This document shows, one piece after another, positions 22,381 to 33,000 of a stretch of 64,000 nucleotides of DNA. The number at the start of each line of letters is the position of its first letter. The first letter of the stretch is position 1. The position numbers and the translations under genes were made by a program. The stretch spans positions 37,824 to 101,823 of the forward strand of contig CAZWZF010000005.1 in the NCBI GenBank assembly GCA_964638715.1, written 5' to 3'. Origin of the DNA: an uncultured bacterium (GTDB lineage: Bacteria; Armatimonadota; Hebobacteria; CAIYQO01). The notes under the pieces were generated by a model. The model was not told the origin of the DNA and did no database searches. It saw nothing but the letters and a program-made list of their open reading frames with translations.

Positions 22381-23954
22381 AAAACGTCCTCGGCGTTTAT
22401 ACAGGGACAAGAACAAGGAAGTGTAGGATGTGCACAATTAGCAAGACAATGTCCGAAACTGTCTCCCTCGCTGCGGCGGCCGTGCGCGCCACCGAGCCGG
22501 TAGCGGCCACAGATCCGCTCCGGCCGCTGTTCCATTTCCGGCCGCCAGCGCAGTGGATGAACGACATCTGCGGCGCGCTCTGGCACGAGGGTTGGTATCA
22601 CATCTTCTACCAGTTCAACCCGTTCGCCGACCGTTGCGACTGGAGCTGTGTCAACGCCTGCTGGGGCCATGCCCGCAGCCGCGATCTCGTCCACTGGGAG
22701 CACCTGCCGATCGCCGTGGCGCCGTCGGTGGAGGAGGGCAACTACCAGTGCGCCAGCGGTTGCGCCACCCACCGGGATGACGGCACGCCGATGCTGTTCT
22801 ACGGCCACACGCCGCTGCCGCGCCCGGACGGGACGCGGCAGCCGCGCCAGCAGTGGGCGGCTCTGCCGCTTGACCCAGAGTTGCGCGCCTGGCGCACGCT
22901 CGACGTCGGTTTGGCACCGGGCCAAAGCGGCGTGCCCGCCGACATCGCCGGCTGCTGGACCGATATGTTCGTGTTCCGCGAAGCCGGCCGCACCTTTGCG
23001 ATTTTCAAGGAGGCCGGCGGTCTGGTGGTCGAGGCGCAGAACCCGGAGTTGACCCGTTGGCAGGCGGTCGGCCGCATCGATGGCGTCTTTGGCGAGTGCC
23101 CGAACTTTATCAAACTTCAGGATCGCTGGCTGCTGCTGCGTTCGACCTATCCGATGACGTACCAGGTCGGCCGGTTCGATCCTGAGCGCATCGCCTTCGA
23201 GATGGACGGCCCCGCCGGGATCGTGGACTACAGTTACGACCTGAACCCGCCGCCGGATCCGGGCGACCCCAATTACTACCTGGACGCCTCTGGCGTGCCG
23301 GTCTGCCGCTACGGCGCACCCTATCCGGCGCATGCGGACAGTCGCGGCTTCTACGCCACCAGCGTGTTTGCGGACTCCGCAGGCCGCACGCTCCTGCTCG
23401 CCTGGGTCGGTGCTTGGCCGGCGTCCCGCGGCTGGAACTGCTGCATGTCACTGCCGCGCGTGCTTTCCCTCGACGCGGTGGGGCGACTGGTGCAGCAGCC
23501 GATCCCGGAACTGGCCCGGTTGCGGGGCTTACCCGTCTTGGTCGGACCGCTCAATCTGAACGGCGAAGCCCGCCGCATCGAGGGGTTTTCGGGCGACACA
23601 CTGGAGGCCATGGCTGAGTTCGAACTGGGTGCCGCCGAAGCCGTCGAGTTGGCCCTGCGCGACGACACAGGTGCCGCTGCCGTGCGCATCCGCTACGATG
23701 GCCGGACGCTGGATGCCAACGGCACCGTGCTGCCGCGCGTGCTGGGCGACGACCCGCGCCGCCTCAAGCTGCACCTTTTCTACGACAAATCGGTGATGGA
23801 ACTGTTCGTCAACGACGGTATGCAGACTGTCACCCGCGTGGCCCTCCCGCCATCGCCCGCCCTGCATCTCGAAGCGGCGGCAACCGGCGGCGCGGCGACG
23901 CTGCGGGCACTGACGGTATGGCCGATCAAACCCTCCACGGAGATATGTCCATGA
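22377..23954 (+). CDS. GH32 beta-fructofuranosidase/levanase-like hydrolase; GC-rich
   Basis: WMNDICG (WMNDPNG-type), SRDLVHW (RDP-type) and FGECPNF (EC motif). ATGA overlap with the GH27 stop. The exact start is uncertain (22377, 22428 or 22449). Confidence 0.8.
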   Translation: MKNVLGVYTGTRTRKCRMCTISKTMSETVSLAAAAVRATEPVAATDPLRPLFHFRPPAQWMNDICGALWHEGWYHIFYQFNPFADRCDWSCVNACWGHARSRDLVHWEHLPIAVAPSVEEGNYQCASGCATHRDDGTPMLFYGHTPLPRPDGTRQPRQQWAALPLDPELRAWRTLDVGLAPGQSGVPADIAGCWTDMFVFREAGRTFAIFKEAGGLVVEAQNPELTRWQAVGRIDGVFGECPNFIKLQDRWLLLRSTYPMTYQVGRFDPERIAFEMDGPAGIVDYSYDLNPPPDPGDPNYYLDASGVPVCRYGAPYPAHADSRGFYATSVFADSAGRTLLLAWVGAWPASRGWNCCMSLPRVLSLDAVGRLVQQPIPELARLRGLPVLVGPLNLNGEARRIEGFSGDTLEAMAEFELGAAEAVELALRDDTGAAAVRIRYDGRTLDANGTVLPRVLGDDPRRLKLHLFYDKSVMELFVNDGMQTVTRVALPPSPALHLEAAATGGAATLRALTVWPIKPSTEICP

Positions 23955-24285
23955 CAACTTCCAACGCCTACGATGTGATTGTGCTTGGCGGCGGCACGGC
24001 CGGGGTGGTGGCCGCCATCCAGGCCGGGCGGGCCGGCGCGAAGTCACTGCTCGTCGAGAAGACCGGCATGCTCGGTGGCACCATGACCGTCGGCAGGGTC
24101 AACAACCCCGGCTTGTTCTTTGCCAGCACACGTCAGGTGATCGCCGGCATCGGCTGGGAAATGGTGATGCGCTGTCTCGCCGAGGCCGGGCAAGAACTGC
24201 CGGACGCGGCCAGAGACCCAGGCAAGCCCTTCTGGCAGCGCCACGTGCCGGTGGATCGTTTTCTTCTGCCGATGCTGCTTGTCGA
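23951..24285 (+). pseudogene. 5' fragment of a GC-rich FAD-dependent oxidoreductase, truncated at the composition break
   Basis: MTTSNAYDVIVLGGGTAGVVAAIQAGRAG dinucleotide-binding motif. ATGA overlap with the GH32 stop. Similarity and GC-richness end near 24285, and the ORF then runs into AT-rich DNA. Confidence 0.65.
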
Positions 24286-24373
24286 AGTGACTTTAAGCAA
24301 AAGTCCTGTATTAATTAATTTCTTTGATTTTCTTCCTGCTGGCTGGCGGGTTAAGCATCGTCCGATTTGTTGT

Positions 24374-24607
24374 TTAAGGGTTGTAACAATATCTGGTGTA
24401 CCAGTGGTAATCCCAAACTGAAACTGTTATACCAGTGCGCACCGGATTTCGTTCAATGTCTTTCAGCGCAATCCATGCGTGCTCTTCATCCATTGGCATC
24501 GAATAATACCGATTTTCCCACAAATGCCCCTACTATTTCTGACGGCGATTAGCATGGCGCGAATATTTCATGTGTGCATGACTTATAGCCTGTATTTTGT
24601 CCCTGTA
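24374..24607 (-). mobile_element. decayed remnant of an IS200/RAYT-type (Y1/HUH) transposase: C-terminal half only, with two in-frame stops
   Basis: The minus-strand frame reads IQAISHAHMKYSRHANRRQK**GHLWENRYYSMPMDEEHAWIALKDIERNPVRTGITVSVWDYHWYT. This matches the GxLWxxRfxS...YIexNPVRaGl...dYxWss pattern. TAG TAG sits at 24530-24535. Confidence 0.65.
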
Positions 24608-24629
24608 TTAGGAATCCGGTAATTTATGA

Positions 24630-24658
24630 TTGAATGATGAAGGTATGATTTGTATAAT
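24630..24658 (+). promoter_or_regulatory. sigma70 promoter TTGAAT-N17-TATAAT
   Basis: Hexamers at 24630-24635 and 24653-24658 with a 17-nt spacer. It lies about 75 nt upstream of the ATG at 24735. Confidence 0.55.
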
Positions 24659-24734
24659 AGGCTCATAAGATTTATCCAGAAATCGATGATTTATTAATGG
24701 CGGTTTCCGGCAGTAATAAAAAAAAGGAAGTGAT

Positions 24735-27146
24735 ATGAAACAGCGGAAAATCGATTCAATGATAGTTACCCGTGTGGAACAGACCGATAAATATTATGAT
24801 CTGGTGGTTTGTGGTGGCGGTATAGGCGGCGTTGTGACAGCGGTTATGGCTGCCCGTAAAGGATTGTCTGTCGCATTGGTTGATAATAAGGCGGGTTTGG
24901 GCGGCAACGCGTGCGCGGAGATAGGCGTCAATATAGATGGCGCCCATTGTTTTGGTTTTTTTGTTAACAAACGTGAGGGCGGACCGGTAGAGGAATTAAA
25001 GGAAAGGCTTGCTGCCATGGATCCCTATGGCGATCAGGGGATGAACAGTACAGTTATGCTTTTCTGGTGTATGGAATCAGGGGTGCATGTGTTCAGCGAA
25101 TTGCTGATAGATGAGGTTGCCGCCGAATCAAACCGTGTGATAATGGTAGCCGGTTCACAGGGGGGCACTGAAAGACGACTGGCATTCCATGCGGGGCAGT
25201 TTGTAGACGCCACCGGAGATGGTACTATTGCTGCTATGGCGAATGCGGAATATATGACAGGCCGTGAAAGCCGCGGAACGTTTGATGAAATACTTGCCCC
25301 GGAAAATGCTGATACCGGCATTATGGGGGCATCGTTATTGTACCGTGCCAGTGAAAAAAAGGAAGCCATTCCATTTGTCCGTCCGGAATGGGCATATGAA
25401 TATCGTACAGAAGATGATTTACCTTATCGTTTATCCATGCAGAAAGGTCCTGCTATATGTGGTTTCTGGTGGATAGAATACGCCGGCGACCATGATGACC
25501 CTATCGGTGAATATGAGCAGGTGCGGGTAGAATTATCGAAATGTTTATATGGTGCCTGGGCTTTTTTGAAAAATGACCCTTCAAGAGGAATGGAAAATTG
25601 GTCTCTTGACCGTGTTTCAATATCGCCTGCTAAAAGAGAAAGCCGTCGTGTTATTGGCGATATAGTGGTAAACGAGAAAGATATTGTGGGACGAACTGAG
25701 TTTAATGATGCTGTCGCTTATGTCGGATGGAATATTGATATTCATGTCCCCGGCGGTTTTAAATCGCGGTATAAGCCAAATATCCATGCCTTATTTCCAT
25801 GGGTTTCACCGTTGCCATTACGGGCATTGTATAGCCGTGATATTGAAAACCTGTGGCTTGTCGGTCGTGATATCAGTGTGTCGCATGTCGCGTTGGGTGC
25901 CACGCGTTTGCAGGCTACCATTGGCACCATGGGCCACGCCGTTGCCTGTGCGGCGGCAATCGCCCATCGCGGCGGTTTGACAAACCGTGAAACCGCGCGG
26001 CAGCAGATAAAGGCTATTCAGCAGGATATCCTGCGTGATGGTTCGCATATACCGGGAATCAGTAACCAGGATGACCGGGATTACGCGCGTCTGGCACAGT
26101 GTGTCGCTACCAGCGACCAGCCTTTACGTGTTACCGCTGGTGATTTCTTTATTCCGGTTGGCAATGGGCGGGCAGTATCATTCCCGGTGACGGGCGGAAC
26201 TGTTGATTCGATAACTATTAATCTCCGAAATCCCGGTACTATTCCAGTAGACGCGCGGTTATTCTTTTCCCCATGTATGCACCCCAACCACGCGTCTGAC
26301 CGGAACGTTCTGGCGGAAATGTCTTTACGTATAGAACCGGGGGAGCATAATATAAACTGGAAATTGAATCTGAATGATGTCGCCGTTGGGCTTTACGCGG
26401 TGGGAATCACCACTGATACATCGGTAAAGGTAAACTGGCAATGGCCGGGGCGTTCAGTTGTTCACGCCGATGATAATGGTTTCGCGGGTTTGGAATGGCG
26501 GGCCTGCAGTGATGTTCCGTATGGCTGCCATACCCTTGTTTTTGACCCGGATTATTATTATTTGCCAAAGGCGGATGTCAATGATAATCTGTATTTGGTG
26601 ACAAAACCAATTATGCTGGCGCCAATGGGGGAGGATACCAGTTGGATACGCGAGAAAAATCATCGTATGTGGCGTCCGCGTCAAATGAACAGGACAAAGA
26701 TTCCTGTCCCGGCTATTACCATAATTCCTGAACAACACCCATATACCGCGTCACAGGTAATAAGCGGTGTGTCGCATACTGATAATTTGCCGGGGTTATG
26801 GATTTCTGACCCGGATCAACCATTGCCGCAGAAAATAGAGTTAAATTGGGAACATGTGCATACTATTTCGGAAATCCGCATAGTGTTTGATACCGACACG
26901 GACATGTCGCACCCGGCGTACGAACCAATTGACACACTGGTGAAATCATACAGGGTGGATGCAAGTGTTGACGGCCGTTGGGTTGAGATTGTCCGTGAAG
27001 ATGATAATCGCGGACGCTTCCGGATTCATAAGTTTAATGCGGTTCAGGCCGACGCGTTGCGCCTGACAATCGAGAAAGTGCATGCCGGCGGCAAAAGCGC
27101 GCGGATTTTTGAGATTCGCGCGTATGGCATTGAAAATGCTGAATAA
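24735..27146 (+). CDS. FAD-dependent oxidoreductase (PF12831-like) with C-terminal discoidin (F5/8 type C) domain
   Basis: DLVVCGGGIGGVVTAVMAARKG motif. The C-terminal YRVDASVDGRWVEIV...ALRLTIEKVH...IFEIRAYG is discoidin-like. Confidence 0.7.
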   Translation: MKQRKIDSMIVTRVEQTDKYYDLVVCGGGIGGVVTAVMAARKGLSVALVDNKAGLGGNACAEIGVNIDGAHCFGFFVNKREGGPVEELKERLAAMDPYGDQGMNSTVMLFWCMESGVHVFSELLIDEVAAESNRVIMVAGSQGGTERRLAFHAGQFVDATGDGTIAAMANAEYMTGRESRGTFDEILAPENADTGIMGASLLYRASEKKEAIPFVRPEWAYEYRTEDDLPYRLSMQKGPAICGFWWIEYAGDHDDPIGEYEQVRVELSKCLYGAWAFLKNDPSRGMENWSLDRVSISPAKRESRRVIGDIVVNEKDIVGRTEFNDAVAYVGWNIDIHVPGGFKSRYKPNIHALFPWVSPLPLRALYSRDIENLWLVGRDISVSHVALGATRLQATIGTMGHAVACAAAIAHRGGLTNRETARQQIKAIQQDILRDGSHIPGISNQDDRDYARLAQCVATSDQPLRVTAGDFFIPVGNGRAVSFPVTGGTVDSITINLRNPGTIPVDARLFFSPCMHPNHASDRNVLAEMSLRIEPGEHNINWKLNLNDVAVGLYAVGITTDTSVKVNWQWPGRSVVHADDNGFAGLEWRACSDVPYGCHTLVFDPDYYYLPKADVNDNLYLVTKPIMLAPMGEDTSWIREKNHRMWRPRQMNRTKIPVPAITIIPEQHPYTASQVISGVSHTDNLPGLWISDPDQPLPQKIELNWEHVHTISEIRIVFDTDTDMSHPAYEPIDTLVKSYRVDASVDGRWVEIVREDDNRGRFRIHKFNAVQADALRLTIEKVHAGGKSARIFEIRAYGIENAE

Positions 27147-27182
27147 ACTAAATTAATACAACCTGTCCCTGTAATTCTAATT
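26968..27182 (+). repeat. copy 1 (in situ) of the oxidoreductase 3'-end repeat
   Basis: It covers the last ~180 nt of the CDS plus ~35 nt downstream, and recurs at 36170-36408 and 39455-39552. Confidence 0.9.
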
Positions 27183-27311
27183 TCTCAATCAAATTAGGCT
27201 GTTTTGAACATTTTCAATGGAGAAACAAATATGCGGCAGGGGAGACACAAAACGGTTGACACGCGGGTCAGGAGGAGTCTATTCTTATTGTTGTAATTTT
27301 ATGGTAAATAT

Positions 27312-27494
27312 ATGGGGTTTACCGAATACTTACCATTTTTAAAGGAGGTGTATCATCCAATCCGTCGTTCCGGTTTTACTCTCATCGAGTTGTTGGTCGT
27401 CATAGCTATGTTAGTTCTCTATCTTTCCTGTCAACAACGGCGGTGCCATAACCTTGAACGCGGCGGGTGTATATACCAGCAATTTCCGGGGTGA
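27312..27494 (+). pseudogene. leader-only stub of a prepilin-type gene
   Basis: [16 protein letters not shown] (about 27363-27410) after AAAGGAGG, then unrelated sequence and a stop. There is no H-X9-DG part. Confidence 0.55.
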
Positions 27495-27552
27495 TATCTC
27501 CTAATTGACAGTTTTGAATGTCACACCGCAGCAAAGAAAGGACCATCAAACT

Positions 27553-28449
27553 ATGAATATTTTAAACCATGCCCAATGGCTCCCGTTTTCACCCGGTAAT
27601 GATGATCACTTTTTCGTTGACACCTTCCCCAGTAACTACCCGTCACTGCCAGAATCTCTCTGTGCCGGGTGGGAAATTCGGACATCACCCAACTATCGTT
27701 ACTCAGGCCAAACCCGGGTGGGGCCAGTGGGAACAATCCAGTATACAGTGCGCGGAGAAGGTTGCCTCAGGTACAATAACAGAACTTATAAAGTATTGCC
27801 CGGACAGGCGTTTCTACTGGAATCCCCCGGTGATTATTTATACAACTTGCCGGATGAAGCACCTCTTTGGGAATTTATATTCCTGACATTTAATGGGGAG
27901 GACCTGCTCCAGCATTTTCGTCAGTTCATAACGACTCACGGACCAGTCATAACTCTTGACCCGGAGCATCCAATAGTTACACTGCTGCTGCAAATCGGTC
28001 AACGCATCGCAACCAAACAATTCAAAACAGCTGAAGACAGTGCGATATGGCTTTACCAAATGATGATGGAGTTACTGAAAGTAGCAAGTGCAGAAGCGTC
28101 ATATCCAACCTTAATACAATGCGTATTGCAACATCTGGCGCAACACTTCACCCGGGATATCAACGGCGAGGAACTCGCGGATATCGCCGGCATATCTTTG
28201 GCGCAGTTCTACCGTGTCTTCAAAACACATACCGGATATACACCCGGGCAGTATATCACTATGCAGCGTATGCGCCAGGCTTTGTATTATTTGCGCTATA
28301 CTCACCTGTCAATAGAGGAGATCGGCCGCCGGTGCGGTTTCAGCAGCGGGTGGCATCTGGGGAAAATCTGTCGAAAAGTGCTGGGACATTCCCCCAGTCA
28401 TTTTCGCCAAGCAGCAACTCTCCCCCCTGAATCCTGCTGGCGCATTTGA
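27553..28449 (+). CDS. AraC family transcriptional regulator
   Basis: C-terminal LAQFYRVFKTHTGYTPGQYITMQRMRQALYYL...IGRRCGFSSGWHLGKICRKVLGHSPSHFR double HTH. Start chosen at MNILNHAQ. Confidence 0.8.
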   Translation: MNILNHAQWLPFSPGNDDHFFVDTFPSNYPSLPESLCAGWEIRTSPNYRYSGQTRVGPVGTIQYTVRGEGCLRYNNRTYKVLPGQAFLLESPGDYLYNLPDEAPLWEFIFLTFNGEDLLQHFRQFITTHGPVITLDPEHPIVTLLLQIGQRIATKQFKTAEDSAIWLYQMMMELLKVASAEASYPTLIQCVLQHLAQHFTRDINGEELADIAGISLAQFYRVFKTHTGYTPGQYITMQRMRQALYYLRYTHLSIEEIGRRCGFSSGWHLGKICRKVLGHSPSHFRQAATLPPESCWRI

Positions 28450-28625
28450 AAAACTGACAATCTATAAAAAATGATACTGGCAGCAATGTGATTCCCATGA
28501 GAAAATTAGACCAGTAAAAAGCTATTATTAGCACTGTTAAAATCATCACAGTGGTGATATTATAATTTAACGGTGTCAACCATATCACAATATGACACCG
28601 TCAATACACCTTGAAGGAGGTTTTT

Positions 28626-29768
28626 ATGTGTAAACTTAAACGAGGGTTCACCCTCATCGAATTACTGGTCGTGATAGCCATAATTGCTATCCTCGCCGCG
28701 ATTCTGTTCCCCGTCTTCGCCCGTGCTCGAGAAAAGGCGCGGCAAACTACCTGCACGAACAACCAGCGACAATTAGCTGCATCTATGCAAATGTATGCTC
28801 AGGATCATGAAGAATTACTTCCATCATCCGCAACAATATGGCAGGATCTAAAAATAGAACCTCAGGTATTACAATGTCCTACAGCTGGAAAAAACTTAAC
28901 GGTGGCTTATGCTTATAACAACATCCTTTCCGGGATGTCACTCGGTAATGCGACTGATCCTACCTCGGTATGGCTTACTGTAGATGCTGATGACAGCAAA
29001 GCACCATCGTACCGCCATTCAGCAAAAACTTTATTAAGTTATCTTGACGGACATGTCGGGCAAAGAGATCCCGGGATAGTGGCGAAATACGTCGGCGCTG
29101 AACTTAACATGGTTGCATTCCGATCTACGGACATCGGGACGAAGTCATATACACTCCCGAATCATCCCAATGCATATGGGAGGGAAGGCTATATCATGTT
29201 CGGCACTGCCGGTGCGTCGGTGACACAGGAAGCCAGCGGCGATTTTACCGGAACAATCTATACCGGCACCCGGTCGGGCACAAATTTCAACAATCCAGCC
29301 ATCGGCATCGCTTCTATCGCTATCCTCGGGACCGGGCAAGGAGGCAGTGGAGGACCCAGCGTCAATGGCCGTTGGCGCAGTGATAACGGAAGCGCCGGCG
29401 GGAATCTGGACGATGCGTCGCGGGGTATCGGCCCATCGGTCCCTGACGTCGTGAACGGCACTTTCTGGTACCGATGGAATGGCGAAACTTCCCTTGATTT
29501 GCTGAAAATCACGCTTTCCGCCGATATGGTGCCCACCACACTTCGTATCGGTATCATCACCGACCGCGGAGACAGCCAGAAACCGGGAGCGATCGGTGTG
29601 GGCAATAACAGGAAGAATAGGTTAGGCGCGAACAGCTACGGCTCCCCGGATCTGTACTTCTTCGATTTGACAGGGTTGCCGGGAGACACAGCCCCGATTT
29701 CGATGACACCCTATGCTGCCGGGCAGTGGGGCACGGCTATTCGCGGGCTGGTCTTTGATACCCAATAG
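28626..29768 (+). CDS. prepilin-type H-X9-DG protein with a distinct, GC-richer C-terminal module
   Basis: AAGGAGG then the ATG at 28626. [47 protein letters not shown]9-DG motif [12 protein letters not shown]. Confidence 0.85.
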   Translation: MCKLKRGFTLIELLVVIAIIAILAAILFPVFARAREKARQTTCTNNQRQLAASMQMYAQDHEELLPSSATIWQDLKIEPQVLQCPTAGKNLTVAYAYNNILSGMSLGNATDPTSVWLTVDADDSKAPSYRHSAKTLLSYLDGHVGQRDPGIVAKYVGAELNMVAFRSTDIGTKSYTLPNHPNAYGREGYIMFGTAGASVTQEASGDFTGTIYTGTRSGTNFNNPAIGIASIAILGTGQGGSGGPSVNGRWRSDNGSAGGNLDDASRGIGPSVPDVVNGTFWYRWNGETSLDLLKITLSADMVPTTLRIGIITDRGDSQKPGAIGVGNNRKNRLGANSYGSPDLYFFDLTGLPGDTAPISMTPYAAGQWGTAIRGLVFDTQ

Positions 29769-29800
29769 CCCGTGTCCTTCGTGAAGCAAATAAAGTTGTG

Positions 29801-29844
29801 GCTATCTCTCATAATTCATGTTTTCATGAATTATGAGAGATAGC
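29801..29844 (+). terminator. 20-bp perfect hairpin (GCTATCTCTCATAATTCATG/CATGAATTATGAGAGATAGC, loop TTTT)
   Basis: Read directly, 33 nt after the stop. No T-tract follows, so it may be a terminator or a palindromic element. Confidence 0.45.
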
Positions 29845-30026
29845 TGTTGCTCAAAGCTCGTTCTGGTTCCGATAAATCAGCCGAGAATACCTTGCCATTA
29901 TTGCCTTGTGGAAACTTTTCTATAAAGTAGTTATCTGACACAACTGTGCTATAGCATCATCGCTCTGCCGAGGATGTCAACTGCAGATTAACCAGGTGGC
30001 CAATCTTAAAATAACAGGAGAAAATT

Positions 30027-33000
30027 ATGCGTAATTTCATTGTGGTGCTGCTATCGCTGGTCTTCACAGTGGCAATGGCGACGGAGACCGAAAATCTTGG
30101 TATCCGCATCCTGCCAGTTCCGGGTAAGGTCGCCATCGACGGCAAGGTCGACGACTGGGACCTCTCCGGCGGAGTCCTTGTCTGCGGCGATGTCGAAAAC
30201 ATGCGCGACAAGATGGCGGTGTGGATCCACACCATGTACGACGCCGACAATCTCTACGTGCTGGCGCGCTTCCTCGACGAGACGCCGATGAGCCACCCCG
30301 GCTCGATCGCCGGTGACTACGGCTTCATGGGCGACAGCCTGCAGTTGCGCCTCATCGCCAAGCCCGAAGAAAATGATCCGCGCAGCAGCATGGGCGGCAA
30401 GGAGGTTTGCTGGGTGACCGCCTGGCGCGACCGCGACGCCAAGGACGTGGTCAACCTGCATTTCCCGCGCAAGCAGGAGGCCGGCGGCGACAAGCAGATC
30501 GCCGACGCGAAGAAGGTCGGGGCGCAGCAGGCGTTTCTGGCAACCGCTGATGGAAAGGGCTATGTGCAGGAGATGGCCATCCCCTGGAAGCTGCTGGCCG
30601 ACGGCGGCCTCACGCCCAAGCCCGGCGAGCGCATCGTCTTCAGTGTCGAGCCGAACTTCAACACCAGCGCCAAGTTCCGCATCACGCTCAAGGACCTCTT
30701 CCGCCCGGGCATCTTGCCCGACCGCATGTTCACCTTCAGTGCCTGGAACTGCTGGGGCTACGGCGTCTTCGCGCCGGCCGGCAAGGTCGAGCCGCAAATG
30801 GTGCGGCTGGCCGACAACCGCGAGTTGAAAGTCAGCATGCAGAAGGGCGTGCCGGTGGTGGACTGGACCGAGCTATTCGAAGTGAAGAAGACTGAAGGTT
30901 TCGCCAAAATAAACCTTGACCTGCCGGAAGACGGCTATGTATCCTTAAACATCAAGAACGCCGATGGACAGGTTGTGCGGCATTTGCTCACTGCTAATTT
31001 CTTATCCAAGGGCAAGCACGAACTGCTCTGGGACGGCTTGACCACCATGAGCCACATGAAGCCGGGCGAAGTGGTGCCGGCGGGTGACTACTCCTGGGAG
31101 GCGATCTACCACACCGGCATCGGCCTGCGCCTGGTCGGATGGGCGCACAACGCCGGCCGGGCGCCCTTCGACTCACCCGGCGGCAACTGGGGCGGCGACA
31201 TGGCCCCCCCGATCTCGGTGGCGGCCGACAACACGAGCATGTACTTGGGTTGGGCGTTTGCCGAGGCGGGCCAGGCCGTGGTCTGCACTGATTTCGACGG
31301 CAACGTCAAATGGCGCCACAAACGCGGCGGCTTCGGCGGCGCCTCGCTTCTGGCGGTCAGCGACGGCATCGTATACGTCTACGACCTGGGCCAAGGGAAC
31401 GCGATCTATCGCCTCGACGCCACCAAGGGCGACTACTCGAACTGGCAGGGCAGCGAGGACGCGGCGCTGGCGCTGACCCCCATTCTCGGCGAGGCGAAGA
31501 AAGCCGAGAGCACCCTCCAACCAACCGCCACCGGCATGGTCGCTACCGGCGGTAAACTGTTCATCAGTTTTGGCAGCAAACCGAAGGACTGGGAGAACAA
31601 ATTCCAACTATCCGGCGATGCACTGTTCGTACTCGACGCCAAGACTGGCAAACTCCTCCAGCGCATCAATACCGCGGATCCTCAGGACCTTAAACTCGGT
31701 GCCGACGGCAAGCTCTACCTGCTATCCGGCAATGGCAACGTGAGCACGGTCGATCCCGTGAACGTGGCGCTGACCGAGGTGGTGAAGGGCGTGCCGAACG
31801 CTCGCAGCGTCACTGCCGACAAAGAGGGCAACATCTATATCGGCGTCGGCGACCCGGACAACCAGGTCAAGGTTTTTGACAAGATCGGCAAGCCCCTTCG
31901 CGCCATCGGCAAGGCCGGCGGCCGCCCGCTCCTCGGGTTGTGGGATGCCGCAGGCATGCGCTTCATCGCCGGCATTCAAGTTGATGCCAAAGGCCAGCTA
32001 TGGGTCATGGAATACGACGGGATGCCACGCAGGATTTCCCGTTGGGACGCCACTACCGGCGCGTTCACCAGGGAGTTCTTCGGCCCTACCACCTACGGCG
32101 CCAGTGGCGGTGCCATCTCCCCGGACGATCCACTGGTCATGGTTGGTGCCGGCTGCGAATGGCGGTTGGATGAGAAGACCGGCAAGGCCGCCTGCGTCGG
32201 CGTGTTCGACCGCGGCGAGACGCATGGTGCTCGCTTCGGCAAGGGTCCCAACGGCCGCCTCTACGTGGCGGTCGGCGGCGCCTGGCACGCAGCCACTCCT
32301 GTGTCCATCTACGAGCGCCTGGGCGCGGGCCAGTACAAACTACGCGCCAAACTCAGCGCGCTCGTCGAGAAGATGGACAACGGCCGCGGTGGGACAAGCG
32401 AAGTGCGGACCGGGTATGTCGTCTGGTCCGACGCCAACGACGACCAGCAGGAGCAGCCCGACGAAGTGCGCCCCTACAAGGCCGATCTCGGCGGCTGGGT
32501 CAACGGCTGGTACCTGCCGATGGCGCCCAGCATGATCTTCTATGGCACCAATTACCGCCTCGCCCCTACAAGCTGGACCGCCTGCGGCGCGCCGCTCTAC
32601 GACTTCGCCCAGGCTAAGCGCATGCCGACCCCAGACGACAGCAAGGGTATGCACGGCATCGGCATGGGCGCAACCCGCGGGCTTGGTTCCACCGACGGCC
32701 GCCTCATGGTCTATAACGGCCTCTACGGCGAATCGCACTCAGAGTTCCCCTGTTATGACATCGAAACCGGCAAGCTCCGGTGGAGCTACCCGAACAACTA
32801 CGTCGGTGTCCACGGCGGACACAATGCGCCACCGCCGCAAGTCGGCATGATCCGCGGCGCCTACGACATCCTCGGCACCGGCCGCCTGCCCGACCCGATC
32901 GGCGACATCTTCGTCATCGCCACCGACAAGGGCGAGTGGCATATCCTCACTGGCGAGGGCTACTACCTGACCCGGCTCTTCGAGGCGGATGTGCTTAAGA

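Noticed and set aside
22302-23333. A 343-aa minus-strand ORF, with many shorter ORFs on both strands across 22.5-24.0 kb.
   Set aside because: It is antisense to a GH32 gene with clear catalytic motifs. Its Arg/Ala/Gly/Pro-rich low-complexity translation is typical of shadow frames in GC-rich DNA.
24367-24552. A 61-aa plus-strand ORF.
   Set aside because: It is the antisense shadow of the RAYT-like remnant, whose minus-strand translation has clear family motifs.
30051-32738. Several 80-250-aa ORFs on both strands inside the 30027-33959 gene.
   Set aside because: They are nested in or antisense to a long ORF with a coherent domain architecture. Their Arg/Pro-rich translations indicate frame artefacts.
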